A stretch of DNA of 11,331 bases from assembly GCA_035644495.1 (NCBI GenBank), contig DASQOM010000190.1:1-11331 (forward strand), read 5' to 3'. The stretch is from Planctomycetota bacterium (GTDB lineage Bacteria; Planctomycetota; MHYJ01; JACPRB01). Positions 1 to 6,357 of this stretch are shown one piece after another (the first letter of the stretch is position 1; each line of letters opens with the position of its first letter). A program made the position numbers and the translations under genes. The notes below the pieces were generated by a model. It did not search any database. It was not told where the DNA came from and worked only from the letters and a program-made list of their open reading frames with translations.

Positions 1-484
1 GCGGCGGCCAGTTCCAGAAGCGGAACGCCAGCCCGCCGAACCCGTAGCGCGAATCGTAGTGCCAGGCCGCCACCGGCGACTCCTTCCCGCACGCGGGGCA
101 ATACAGGGTGGCGTCGTCGTCTCCGCCGTTCCAGGCCTGCAGCGCCGCCAGCCACTCGCCGTCCACGTCGTCGAGCATCACCCCGCACAGCGGACAGCGG
201 GCCAGGGGCGCCTTGAATTCGCTCAGATCGTCCGCGTGCGTCATGCGGCCGATCAGCACCTGCAGGTGGGAGTGGACGGGCGGGATCGACTCATGCCGCG
301 TCGCCGGAAACTCGATGATGGAGATGTCCAGCGCGCGCGGCCCGCGGTCGTAGCCGCCCTCCTCGCTGGGGCTGGCCTTGACGACCCCCTTCTCCGCGAG
401 GTAGGAGACGACGTGGCGCGCCAGGTGGTCGGCCTCGTCCGGCCTCGCGCCGGTGTCGACGATCGTCTGGAAGTAGTCGGCCAT
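1..484 (-). CDS. Hypothetical zinc-ribbon protein, partial (C-terminus runs off the left edge). Translation begins MADYFQTIVDTGARPDEADHLARHVVSYLAEKG... and carries CPLCG...(29 aa)...CPACG.
   Basis: Not in the ORF track because there is no in-window stop. I translated the minus strand by hand from the ATG at 484-482 (CCATGG); an in-frame upstream stop lies at 523-521. Codon third positions are strongly G/C (GAC, TTC, ATC, GTC...), matching the other genes. Two CxxC pairs form a zinc-ribbon signature. No family recognised. Confidence 0.55.
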   Translation of the reverse strand, partial: MADYFQTIVDTGARPDEADHLARHVVSYLAEKGVVKASPSEEGGYDRGPRALDISIIEFPATRHESIPPVHSHLQVLIGRMTHADDLSEFKAPLARCPLCGVMLDDVDGEWLAALQAWNGGDDDATLYCPACGKESPVAAWHYDSRYGFGGLAFRFWNWPP

Positions 485-676
485 GGAAGAGGGACCACAC
501 AGGGACAAAGACCACGGAGGTCACCAAGACGACCGGTTCGTATTCCTTACAGCTTTACGCTTGGAGATGCCGCAAGGAAAGAAAAACCGGCCTTCCCCGT
601 TCACGACCCGTCGTCTTCCCTCCCCCAGAGGAGGTCCTCTTCGGGGCCTCCGGGGTCTTCGTGTGGGTGTCCGTCT

Positions 677-721
677 TAAAAAGAAAAACCGGGCGTGCGG
701 CCTGCCGCGACGCCCGGCTTG
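677..721 (-). terminator. Rho-independent terminator downstream of the Lys-rich secreted protein gene
   Basis: On the minus strand, immediately after the TAA at 741-739, a GC-rich hairpin CCGGGCGT-CGCGGCAGGCCGC-ACGCCCGG (8 bp outer stem plus a 4 bp inner stem) is followed by TTTTTCTTTTT (plus-strand aaaaagaaaaa at 677-687). Confidence 0.6.
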
Positions 722-738
722 TCCTGTCTGGGAGTAGC

Positions 739-1086
739 TTAGTTGTTGGCCTTCTTCTTCTTGGCCGCGAACTCCTCGTCCATCTTCTTCTTCTGGTCGT
801 CGTCCTTGCAGATTTCCTTCAGCTTGTTGATGCCTTCCGTGCGGATCGTGCGGACCTCGCCGTAGGCCGCCTTCTTGTCCGCGGCGTCCTTGGCCTTGTC
901 GGCCGCTTCCTTCACCTTGGGCGTGTATTCCGCGATGATGGGCTCGGCCTTCTTGAGCTGCTCCTCGTCGAAGCCGATCTTGGTCTTCAGGTCGTCGGCC
1001 GTGGGAAAGGACGCGCCCTTGCCCTGGGCCTGAGCCACTCCCGCCGCCAGGAACACCACCGCGACCGCCGTCAGAATATGCCGCAT
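739..1086 (-). CDS. Small secreted Lys/Glu/Ala-rich protein (115 aa) with an N-terminal signal peptide. Possibly a periplasmic alpha-helical chaperone-like protein.
   Basis: ORF 739..1260(-). I place the start at the internal ATG (1086-1084, MRHILTAVAVVFLAAGVAQA|QGKG) because it yields a canonical signal peptide with an AQA cleavage motif and GGGAG lies about 10 nt upstream. The 58 upstream codons are Arg/Pro-rich and look non-coding. The mature part is highly charged (KVKEAADKAKDAADKK...KKKMDEEFAAKKKKANN). No LTXXQ motif seen, so Spy/CpxP membership is unproven. Confidence 0.65.
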   Translation of the reverse strand: MRHILTAVAVVFLAAGVAQAQGKGASFPTADDLKTKIGFDEEQLKKAEPIIAEYTPKVKEAADKAKDAADKKAAYGEVRTIRTEGINKLKEICKDDDQKKKMDEEFAAKKKKANN

Positions 1087-1225
1087 GGCCAATCTCCCAA
1101 AAAAATCATCCAACCCCGGGGTACTTCCCCCAGACGTCAGGTGTGATACGACGGCCCCGGCATTATTCCGAAAATTCCGAGCGGGTCGTGTCCATGGACC
1201 ATGGGCCGCCGGCCGATATTCCCAT

Positions 1226-1254
1226 TTGCGATTCCTCTCTTTGGGGCGTAAGAT
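1226..1254 (+). promoter_or_regulatory. Candidate σ70-type promoter for the coiled-coil/actin-like gene: TTGCGA-N17-TAAGAT
   Basis: -35-like TTGCGA (1226-1231), 17-nt spacer, -10-like TAAGAT (1249-1254). Each hexamer matches consensus at 4/6. The predicted TSS is about 1261, 20 nt before the ATG at 1281. Planctomycete promoter consensus is poorly defined, so this is weak. Confidence 0.2.
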
Positions 1255-1280
1255 CGACATGCCCCCTCCGGGGGCGACCC

Positions 1281-3167
1281 ATGGCCCAAGACAAATTCAA
1301 CCTCAAGAAGGTCCTGGCCGACAACTCCCAGGTCAGCGACCTGGCCAATCTCGCCAGCAGCGGGGTCAAGAGGGTCAAGGTCCTGGACGAGAATGCCCTC
1401 CAGGAAATGATCCAGCAGGCCATCGACGAAGTCATCTCCTCGTCCACCGCCGAGGAGCGCTCGCGCATCCTGGCCGACTCGCGCAAGCAGCTGACGAAGC
1501 TGATGAACGAGCGCGACGAGTTCGCCTCGCGGGCCCAGATGCAGGAGGCGGACCGCAACGACCTGATCGCCGAGATCGAGAAGCTCCAGGAGGAGGTCAA
1601 GATCCGTCGCAAGGTCGACGAGAACCAGTCCGCCGCCGACCAGCGCATTGCCGAGCTCGAGGCGGACAACGTCTACGTCCGCGGCGAGCACGACAAGATG
1701 GTCGAGACGCTCGACCAGTGCCAGACCGAGATCAAGGAGCTCAAGGCCGAGATCGCCCGGCTGGAGGCGGAGATCGAGCGCCTCATGGGCCTGCTCCAGG
1801 AGAAGGACGCCCTGCGCCGGCAGTTCGACGAGGCCGAGGCCGAGCTTGCGGCGCTCCGCGACAGCTCCTTGCAGGGCGACACGCTGGCGTCGGAGCTGAA
1901 CAAGTCGAACGAAGAGAACGCGGACCTGCGCCAGCAGCTCGAGGACATGCGTTCCGCGGGCTCGACCGCCGCCTCGGGTCTGCGCCACGAACTGGCCACG
2001 GTCCGCGAGGACTACGAGCGGCGTCTCGCCGAATCCCAGGCAGCGCTCGAGGCGGCCCAGGCCGCGATGCCGCCCCCGGGCCCGGACCCCTACGTCGTCC
2101 TCCCGTCCCCCGAGGTGCTCGAGGAGGTGCTGCCGCCCCCGAAGCCCCCGCCTCCGCCGATCACCAAACCTGGCAAGGGCCTCGACGTCGGGACCGTCAA
2201 CCTGGTCGCCGCCTGCCAGAACCCGGAGAACGAGATCGAACTGCGCACCCAGCGCAACGTCTTCCTCGACGTCGAGATCACGCCGTATACGAAGGCGATG
2301 CTGACCAAGCTGAACGTCGGCTACGTCATCCAGGGCAAGCGCCTCTATATCCTCGGCGAGCCCGCCTTCAAGCTCGCCAACGTGCTGAACCGCCGCACGC
2401 GGCGCCCCATGAAGGACGGCCTGATCTCGCCGAAGGAGCAGGACGCCCTCCCCATCATGAAGCTGCTCATCGGCTCCATCCTCGAGGATCCCCGCATCCC
2501 CCAGGAGGTCTGCTTCTATTCCGTGCCCGGCGACCCCGTCGACTCCGACCTCTCCGTCGCCTACCACCGCGACCTCTTCGACGCCGTCCTGAAGGCGCTC
2601 GGCTACAAGCCCTCCCATATCCTCGAAGGCCACGCGGTCACGTTCGCGGAGCTGGGCGAAGAGGACTTCACCGGCATCGGCGTCTCCTGCGGCGGCGGCA
2701 TGTTCAACATCTGCGTCGCCTACAAGTCGATGCCGGCGCTCTCCTTCTCGACGGCGCGCAGCGGCGACTGGGTGGACATGAACGTGGCCCAGGCGCTGGG
2801 CATCAAGCCCGAGAAAGCCGCGCAGTTGAAGGAACAGGGCGTCGACCTGATGGCGCCGAAGAACCGCGAAGAGGACGCGATCTCGATCTACTACCGCAAC
2901 CTGATCCAGTACAACGTCACCAGCATCGCCGATCGCTTCCGTTCGGCGGACAACATGCCGTCCTTCAAAGATCCGATCTCGATCGTCTTCTCCGGCGGCA
3001 CGTCGATGGCGGGCAACTTCATCGAGCTCGTGAAGGACGTGTTCAAGAAGATCGAGTTCCCCATCCCGGTGAAGGACATCCGCCTGGCGAAGGATGCCCT
3101 GAATGCGACGGCAAAGGGGGCTCTGGTGGCGGCCCAGCTCGAAATGGCTCACCTGGCCTCCCAGTAA
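1281..3167 (+). CDS. Coiled-coil protein fused to an actin-fold (ASKHA; MreB/ParM/FtsA-like) ATPase domain, 628 aa
   Basis: ORF 1143..3167(+). I chose the start at ATG 1281 (MAQDKFNLKK) because it is preceded by a G-rich stretch and the 46 upstream codons look non-coding. Residues ~40-250 are heptad-rich and charged (EIEKLQEEVKIRRKV...IKELKAEIARLEAEIERLMGLLQEK...), giving a long predicted coiled coil. A Pro-rich linker follows (MPPPGPDPYVVLPSPEVLEEVLPPPKPPPPPITKPGKG). The C-terminal ~290 aa carry actin-fold motifs: phosphate-1 LDVGTVNLVAA, PMKDGLISPKE (compare MreB PMKDGVIADFE), phosphate-2 GIGVSCGGGMFNICVAY, and adenosine/connect-2 IVFSGGTSMAGNFIELVKDV...AKGALVAAQLE. The overlapping antisense ORF 1137..3152(-) is a mirror artefact. 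Confidence 0.85.
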   Translation: MAQDKFNLKKVLADNSQVSDLANLASSGVKRVKVLDENALQEMIQQAIDEVISSSTAEERSRILADSRKQLTKLMNERDEFASRAQMQEADRNDLIAEIEKLQEEVKIRRKVDENQSAADQRIAELEADNVYVRGEHDKMVETLDQCQTEIKELKAEIARLEAEIERLMGLLQEKDALRRQFDEAEAELAALRDSSLQGDTLASELNKSNEENADLRQQLEDMRSAGSTAASGLRHELATVREDYERRLAESQAALEAAQAAMPPPGPDPYVVLPSPEVLEEVLPPPKPPPPPITKPGKGLDVGTVNLVAACQNPENEIELRTQRNVFLDVEITPYTKAMLTKLNVGYVIQGKRLYILGEPAFKLANVLNRRTRRPMKDGLISPKEQDALPIMKLLIGSILEDPRIPQEVCFYSVPGDPVDSDLSVAYHRDLFDAVLKALGYKPSHILEGHAVTFAELGEEDFTGIGVSCGGGMFNICVAYKSMPALSFSTARSGDWVDMNVAQALGIKPEKAAQLKEQGVDLMAPKNREEDAISIYYRNLIQYNVTSIADRFRSADNMPSFKDPISIVFSGGTSMAGNFIELVKDVFKKIEFPIPVKDIRLAKDALNATAKGALVAAQLEMAHLASQ

Positions 3168-3259
3168 GCCTGAAGCATCCGCCGAGGCAAGCCCAGCGAC
3201 ACGCCCGCATCCATTCAGGAAGAGGACAACTTCTCGACGGCCGGGGACTCCCTATAGAG

Positions 3260-3817
3260 GTGATTGCGTCGTCGAAGACGGTCTGGAGCGCCGGGCACTC
3301 GACCCTGTGGCTCCCCGCGTTTCTCGACCTCGTGGGAGACATCGACCTGATCGTCGACATCCGCCAGTACCCCTATTCCCGTCGATATCCGCACTTCAAC
3401 GGCTCCGAGCTGGCCAAAGAAAAGTCGTACGGGTGGATCCAGGATCTGGGCGGCCGGCGTCACGTTGCGGGCGAGCGGCATCCGGCGTGGCGGGTGGCCG
3501 CGTTCCGGTCCTACGCGGGATATATGGAGACGGAGCCGTTCCAACGGGGGCTTTCGCAGCTGGAACAGATCGCCTCGGATCAGCGGACGGCATTCTTCTG
3601 CGCGGAGGCCCTGTGGTGGCGCTGTCATCGCCGGCTGGTGAGCGACGCCCTCGTGGTACGCGGGTGGACCGTCCTGCACCTGCCGAAGGGGGAGCCGCAT
3701 CGGCTGAGTCCGATGGCGCGCGTCGAGGGGGATGGGACGCTGGTCTACGACGTCGCCGTCAGCTCAGCATCATCACCTTCATCTGGCCGCCCGGGTAGAA
3801 GACGGCGAACCAGGTGA
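3260..3817 (+). CDS. DUF488 family protein (YeaO-like), ~185 aa
   Basis: This is the C-terminal part of the spurious 910-aa ORF 1085..3817. Only the last ~186 codons look protein-like. Diagnostic DUF488 motifs are present: AGHSTL, DIRQYPYSRRYPHFN, LGGRR, YAGYMETEPFQ, FFCAEALWWRCHRRLVSDALVVRGW. I propose a GTG start at 3260 (VIASSKTVWSAGHST) with AGAGG overlapping it; no in-frame ATG is available. The start is uncertain. The 3' end overlaps the convergent gene by 59 nt. Confidence 0.65.
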   Translation: MIASSKTVWSAGHSTLWLPAFLDLVGDIDLIVDIRQYPYSRRYPHFNGSELAKEKSYGWIQDLGGRRHVAGERHPAWRVAAFRSYAGYMETEPFQRGLSQLEQIASDQRTAFFCAEALWWRCHRRLVSDALVVRGWTVLHLPKGEPHRLSPMARVEGDGTLVYDVAVSSASSPSSGRPGRRRRTR

Positions 3818-4427
3818 AGGCGGTCGCGTCGATATAGAGACGATCGGTTTTCGCGCCGAAGGCCCCGAGGACCATGTCGGCCGTCCTGAGGAAGACTTCG
3901 CCGGTGCCCTCGAAGCCGAAAGAGGTATCCCAGAGCATCACTTTGCCCTTCGGATCGATGATCGCTTCCATCGTCCGCTTGAACCCGGGGAGGCCGATCG
4001 AGCCGGTCCAGCCTTCGAGCGCGGTCTGGCCGTTGACCTTGCCTTTCATGAGCGCGTCGCCCATGCCGATCGGGCCGTCGGGCATGCCGCCCATGGCGCG
4101 GTCGAAGAACTCCTTCAGCAGCTTCCGCGATTCCTTGTAGTAGATGAACCTCCAGGACTCGTACTCGGAGGCGAAGCCCGGGCGGACGCGGTCCGGGACC
4201 AGCGTCGTGATCGTGTTCGGCGGGATCGCCGGGACGCTCAGCTTGTAGATGGGGTCGTAGACGGCGGCCGTGGGCTTGAGCTGGGCGAGCAGCTCATTCT
4301 GGATCTCTTCCTTGGACGGACCGCGGGGGCCGATCGCGCCGGTGATGTGGACCGCGGTCCAGTCGGGGATCGCCTGTCGGAGCACATTCAAGGTGTCCGG
4401 CAGCTGGGCCTTGAAGAGGGCCGGCAT
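3759..4427 (-). CDS. Hypothetical protein (~222 aa), family not recognised
   Basis: ORF 3759..4967(-). Its N-terminal 180 codons are Arg/Pro/Gly-rich and overlap the DUF1501 gene, so I treat them as non-coding. The start is taken at ATG 4427-4425 (MPALFKAQLPDTLNVLRQAIPDW...). The downstream sequence has balanced composition (YKESRKLLKEFFDRAMGGMPDGPIGMGDALMKGKVNGQ...DPKGKVMLWDTSFGFEGTGEVFLRTADMVLGAFGAKTDRLYIDATAFTWFAVFYPGG). No signal peptide. A GTG six codons upstream is an alternative start. Confidence 0.6.
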   Translation of the reverse strand: MPALFKAQLPDTLNVLRQAIPDWTAVHITGAIGPRGPSKEEIQNELLAQLKPTAAVYDPIYKLSVPAIPPNTITTLVPDRVRPGFASEYESWRFIYYKESRKLLKEFFDRAMGGMPDGPIGMGDALMKGKVNGQTALEGWTGSIGLPGFKRTMEAIIDPKGKVMLWDTSFGFEGTGEVFLRTADMVLGAFGAKTDRLYIDATAFTWFAVFYPGGQMKVMMLS

Positions 4428-4522
4428 GATCGGCACCGTCTTCACGGCGAGAGCAGGTGTCGAGATCTCCACCGACGAAGGATAACAGGTGATTCCGGGA
4501 GAGTAAAGGAAGCGACCGGAAC

Positions 4523-5872
4523 TTAGACCAGCTCGCGCAGCGGCTTGTATTCTTCCTCGACCAGGTAGTGCGGGCGACCGGCAAGGTCGGTGACCGTCGC
4601 GGCGCCGACGTCGATCCCCAGCCGGTTGTAGAGCGTCGCGAAGACGTCCTGGAAGTGTACGGGACGCGAGTCGGGCTCGCCGCCGTCGCGCGTGGTCGAC
4701 CCGATCACCTGGCCCGTGCGCAGGCCGCCGCCGGCCATCAGGGCGCAGGAGACGCGGGGCCAGTGGTCGCGGCCGCCGTCCTTGTTGATCTGCGGCGTCC
4801 GGCCGAACTCGCCCCAGGCGATCACCGTCACGTCCTTGTCGATGCCGCGGTCGTGCAGGTCCTGCACCAGCGCGCTCATCGCCTGGTCGAAGTCGGGCAG
4901 GTTCCGCTTCGCGTTCTCGAAGTTGCCGCCGTGCCAGTCCCAGAACGAGTAGCTGAAGGTCACGCAACGGACGCCGGCCTCGACGAGCCGCCGCGCGAGC
5001 AGGAACTGCGCGTTGATGCGCGGCGCCCCGTCGCCCTGGTGCACGGTCGTCCCCGTCCCGTAACGCTCGCGCAACGCGGGGTCCTCCTTGGACAGGTCGA
5101 GCGCCGTCGCGAGCCTGCTCGACGTCAGCACGCCGAAGGCCTGCTGCGTGAAGGCGTCGACGCCGTCCATGACGCGGGCCGCATCGGCCTCGCGGCGGAA
5201 GGAGTCGAGGCTCGCCAGCAGGTGCTTGCGGTCCTCGAGCCGCTCCAGCGAGACGCCGTTGAGCGTGAGGTCGTTGCGGCCCTCGTCCTCGGGCTTGAAC
5301 GGCGCGTGGGCGGGTCCCAGGAAGCCCGGCGTGCCGTTATTGTAGGGGCGGTGCTGCATATGGGGCGACAGCGCCATGAACGGCGGCACCGCGGATTGCG
5401 TCGGGCCCTGCACGTGCGAGACGACGGCGCCCAGCTCGGGCCAGCCGCCGCGCGGGAGGTTTTCGTTGAGGCGGCCGGTGAGACACTGGAACGACTCGTG
5501 CCGGTCCTTTGCGCCGACGATCGAGCGGATCGGCACCAGCTTGTCCATCATGCCCGCGAGACGCGGCAGCAGCTCGCAGACCTGGATGCCGTCGACGTTG
5601 GTCTTGATCGGCCGGAACTTCCCGCGGACCTCCGCGGGCGCGTCCATCTTGAGGTCGAACATATCCTGGTGCGGCGGACCGCCGGGCAGGTAGACCATGA
5701 TGACGGCCTTGTGGCCGAGTCCGCCGCTGCGGACCTTCGACGGCGACTGCTGCTGGGCCGCGAGGATCTGCGGAAGGGCGAGGCTGCCCAGGCCGAGGCT
5801 GCCGATGCGCATGAAGGCGCGGCGGGAGATGCCGTCGCAGTAGCGCGCCCCCGAGCCTTCCAGTCGCAGCAT
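4523..5872 (-). CDS. DUF1501 domain protein with twin-arginine (Tat) signal, 449 aa. Sulfatase-like fold; characteristic of Planctomycetota/Verrucomicrobiota.
   Basis: The N-terminus MLRLEGSGARYCDGISRRAFMRIGSLGLGSLALPQILAA is a Tat signal (SRRAFM). The protein is full length and matches the DUF1501 core pattern (HWPRVSCALMAGGG..., WGEFGRTP..., DHW). GGGAGG lies about 14 nt upstream of the ATG. The overlapping +strand ORF 4568..6361 and the -strand ORFs 5337..5927 and 5548..5925 are off-frame artefacts. Confidence 0.9.
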   Translation of the reverse strand: MLRLEGSGARYCDGISRRAFMRIGSLGLGSLALPQILAAQQQSPSKVRSGGLGHKAVIMVYLPGGPPHQDMFDLKMDAPAEVRGKFRPIKTNVDGIQVCELLPRLAGMMDKLVPIRSIVGAKDRHESFQCLTGRLNENLPRGGWPELGAVVSHVQGPTQSAVPPFMALSPHMQHRPYNNGTPGFLGPAHAPFKPEDEGRNDLTLNGVSLERLEDRKHLLASLDSFRREADAARVMDGVDAFTQQAFGVLTSSRLATALDLSKEDPALRERYGTGTTVHQGDGAPRINAQFLLARRLVEAGVRCVTFSYSFWDWHGGNFENAKRNLPDFDQAMSALVQDLHDRGIDKDVTVIAWGEFGRTPQINKDGGRDHWPRVSCALMAGGGLRTGQVIGSTTRDGGEPDSRPVHFQDVFATLYNRLGIDVGAATVTDLAGRPHYLVEEEYKPLRELV

Positions 5873-5946
5873 CCGGGTATCTTACGCCTCCCGGAAGGTG
5901 AAAGGGGCCTGAAGGGCGCTTCCACACCCTCCAGGCCCCGGAACGT

Positions 5947-5969
5947 TCGAAGGCCGACGCGGCCTTCGA
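5947..5969 (-). other. Perfect GC-rich hairpin (TCGAAGGCCG-cgt-CGGCCTTCGA) between the small membrane protein gene and DUF1501. Possible U-tract-less terminator or mRNA-stabilising stem.
   Basis: A 10-bp perfect inverted repeat sits 14-36 nt downstream of the stop of the 5983..6285(-) gene. No U-run follows on either strand, so it is not a canonical intrinsic terminator. Confidence 0.3.
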
Positions 5970-5982
5970 GGGTGGGTCCGGT

Positions 5983-6285
5983 CTATCGCGGGCCGATCAC
6001 GCCCAGGCTGAACAGAGCGCCCCCGGCGATCCAGAGCAGGATCGACATCCCCCCCCACGCGAGCCGGCATCGGAACTCCAGGGGGTTGTCGACCCGACGA
6101 AGCACGCCCCGCGGAGTCCGCAGGAGTCCATGCTCCCGGCACCGCGCCATCGACAGCAGGCCCCCGAGTCCCACGGCCAGGGTCCCCAGGGCGACGAGCC
6201 CTCTCCAGCCCATCAGCATCGACAGCCCGCAAAGGCCCAGTCCGCCGACTCCCAGCATCAGGATCCACCGTTCTCTTCGACGCAT
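5983..6285 (-). CDS. Small integral membrane protein (100 aa, ~3 predicted TM helices), encoded directly downstream of the flotillin gene
   Basis: An ATG with a strong SD (GGAAGGAGGGCACG-ATG). Hydrophobic segments: ILMLGVGGLGLCGLSMLMGW, LVALGTLAVGLGGLLSM, MSILLWIAGGALFSLGVIG. Third codon positions are strongly G/C. It lacks an NfeD-type C-terminal beta-barrel, so it is not a classical NfeD/YqiJ. Contains a G8 run (plus-strand C8 at 6049-6056). Confidence 0.6.
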   Translation of the reverse strand: MRRRERWILMLGVGGLGLCGLSMLMGWRGLVALGTLAVGLGGLLSMARCREHGLLRTPRGVLRRVDNPLEFRCRLAWGGMSILLWIAGGALFSLGVIGPR

Positions 6286-6309
6286 CGTGCCCTCCTTCCC
6301 TGCCCGGGA

Positions 6310-6347
6310 GGGGATGAAGGACGCCCGTTGCGGACGCCTTCATCCCC
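6310..6347 (-). other. Intercistronic RNA stem-loop between the flotillin gene and the small membrane protein gene
   Basis: An 11-bp perfect inverted repeat, GGGGATGAAGG (6310-6320) / CCTTCATCCCC (6337-6347), with a 16-nt loop that contains a CCG-TTG-CGG mini-stem. It lies 10 nt after the flotillin stop and 24 nt before the next SD. No U-tract follows. Confidence 0.35.
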
Positions 6348-6357
6348 CGTTGTGTCG

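Noticed and set aside
59-679. 206-aa +strand ORF at the left edge, plus small overlapping ORFs 108..353, 253..498, 291..527 and 483..737
   Set aside because: All are Arg/Pro/Gly-rich and antisense to the better-supported minus-strand zinc-ribbon gene, or lie in the intergenic leader.
1247-1256. The 10-mer GGCGTAAGAT shared upstream of the actin-like gene (1245-1254) and upstream of DUF1501 (minus strand, ~5884-5875)
   Set aside because: In 11 kb read on both strands, on the order of a hundred random exact 10-mer coincidences are expected. That is insufficient to call a shared regulatory motif.
1137-3152. 671-aa ORF antisense to the coiled-coil/actin-like gene
   Set aside because: It is a mirror-frame artefact: Arg/Leu/Gly/Asp/Val-rich with no recognisable domain, whereas the sense frame carries clear actin-fold motifs.
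1085-3259. The first ~725 codons of the 910-aa +strand ORF 1085..3817
   Set aside because: The translation is almost entirely Arg/Pro/Gly/Ala low-complexity (RRPRGGQ...), which is typical of an off-frame reading of high-GC coding DNA. It overlaps the well-supported actin-like gene in another frame. Only the last ~186 codons (DUF488) look real.
3103-4526. +strand ORFs 3103..3798 (231 aa) and 3732..4526 (264 aa)
   Set aside because: The first is a different frame over the DUF488 locus with no motifs. The second is antisense to the 3759..4427(-) gene and has a Gly/Arg/Asp-rich product.
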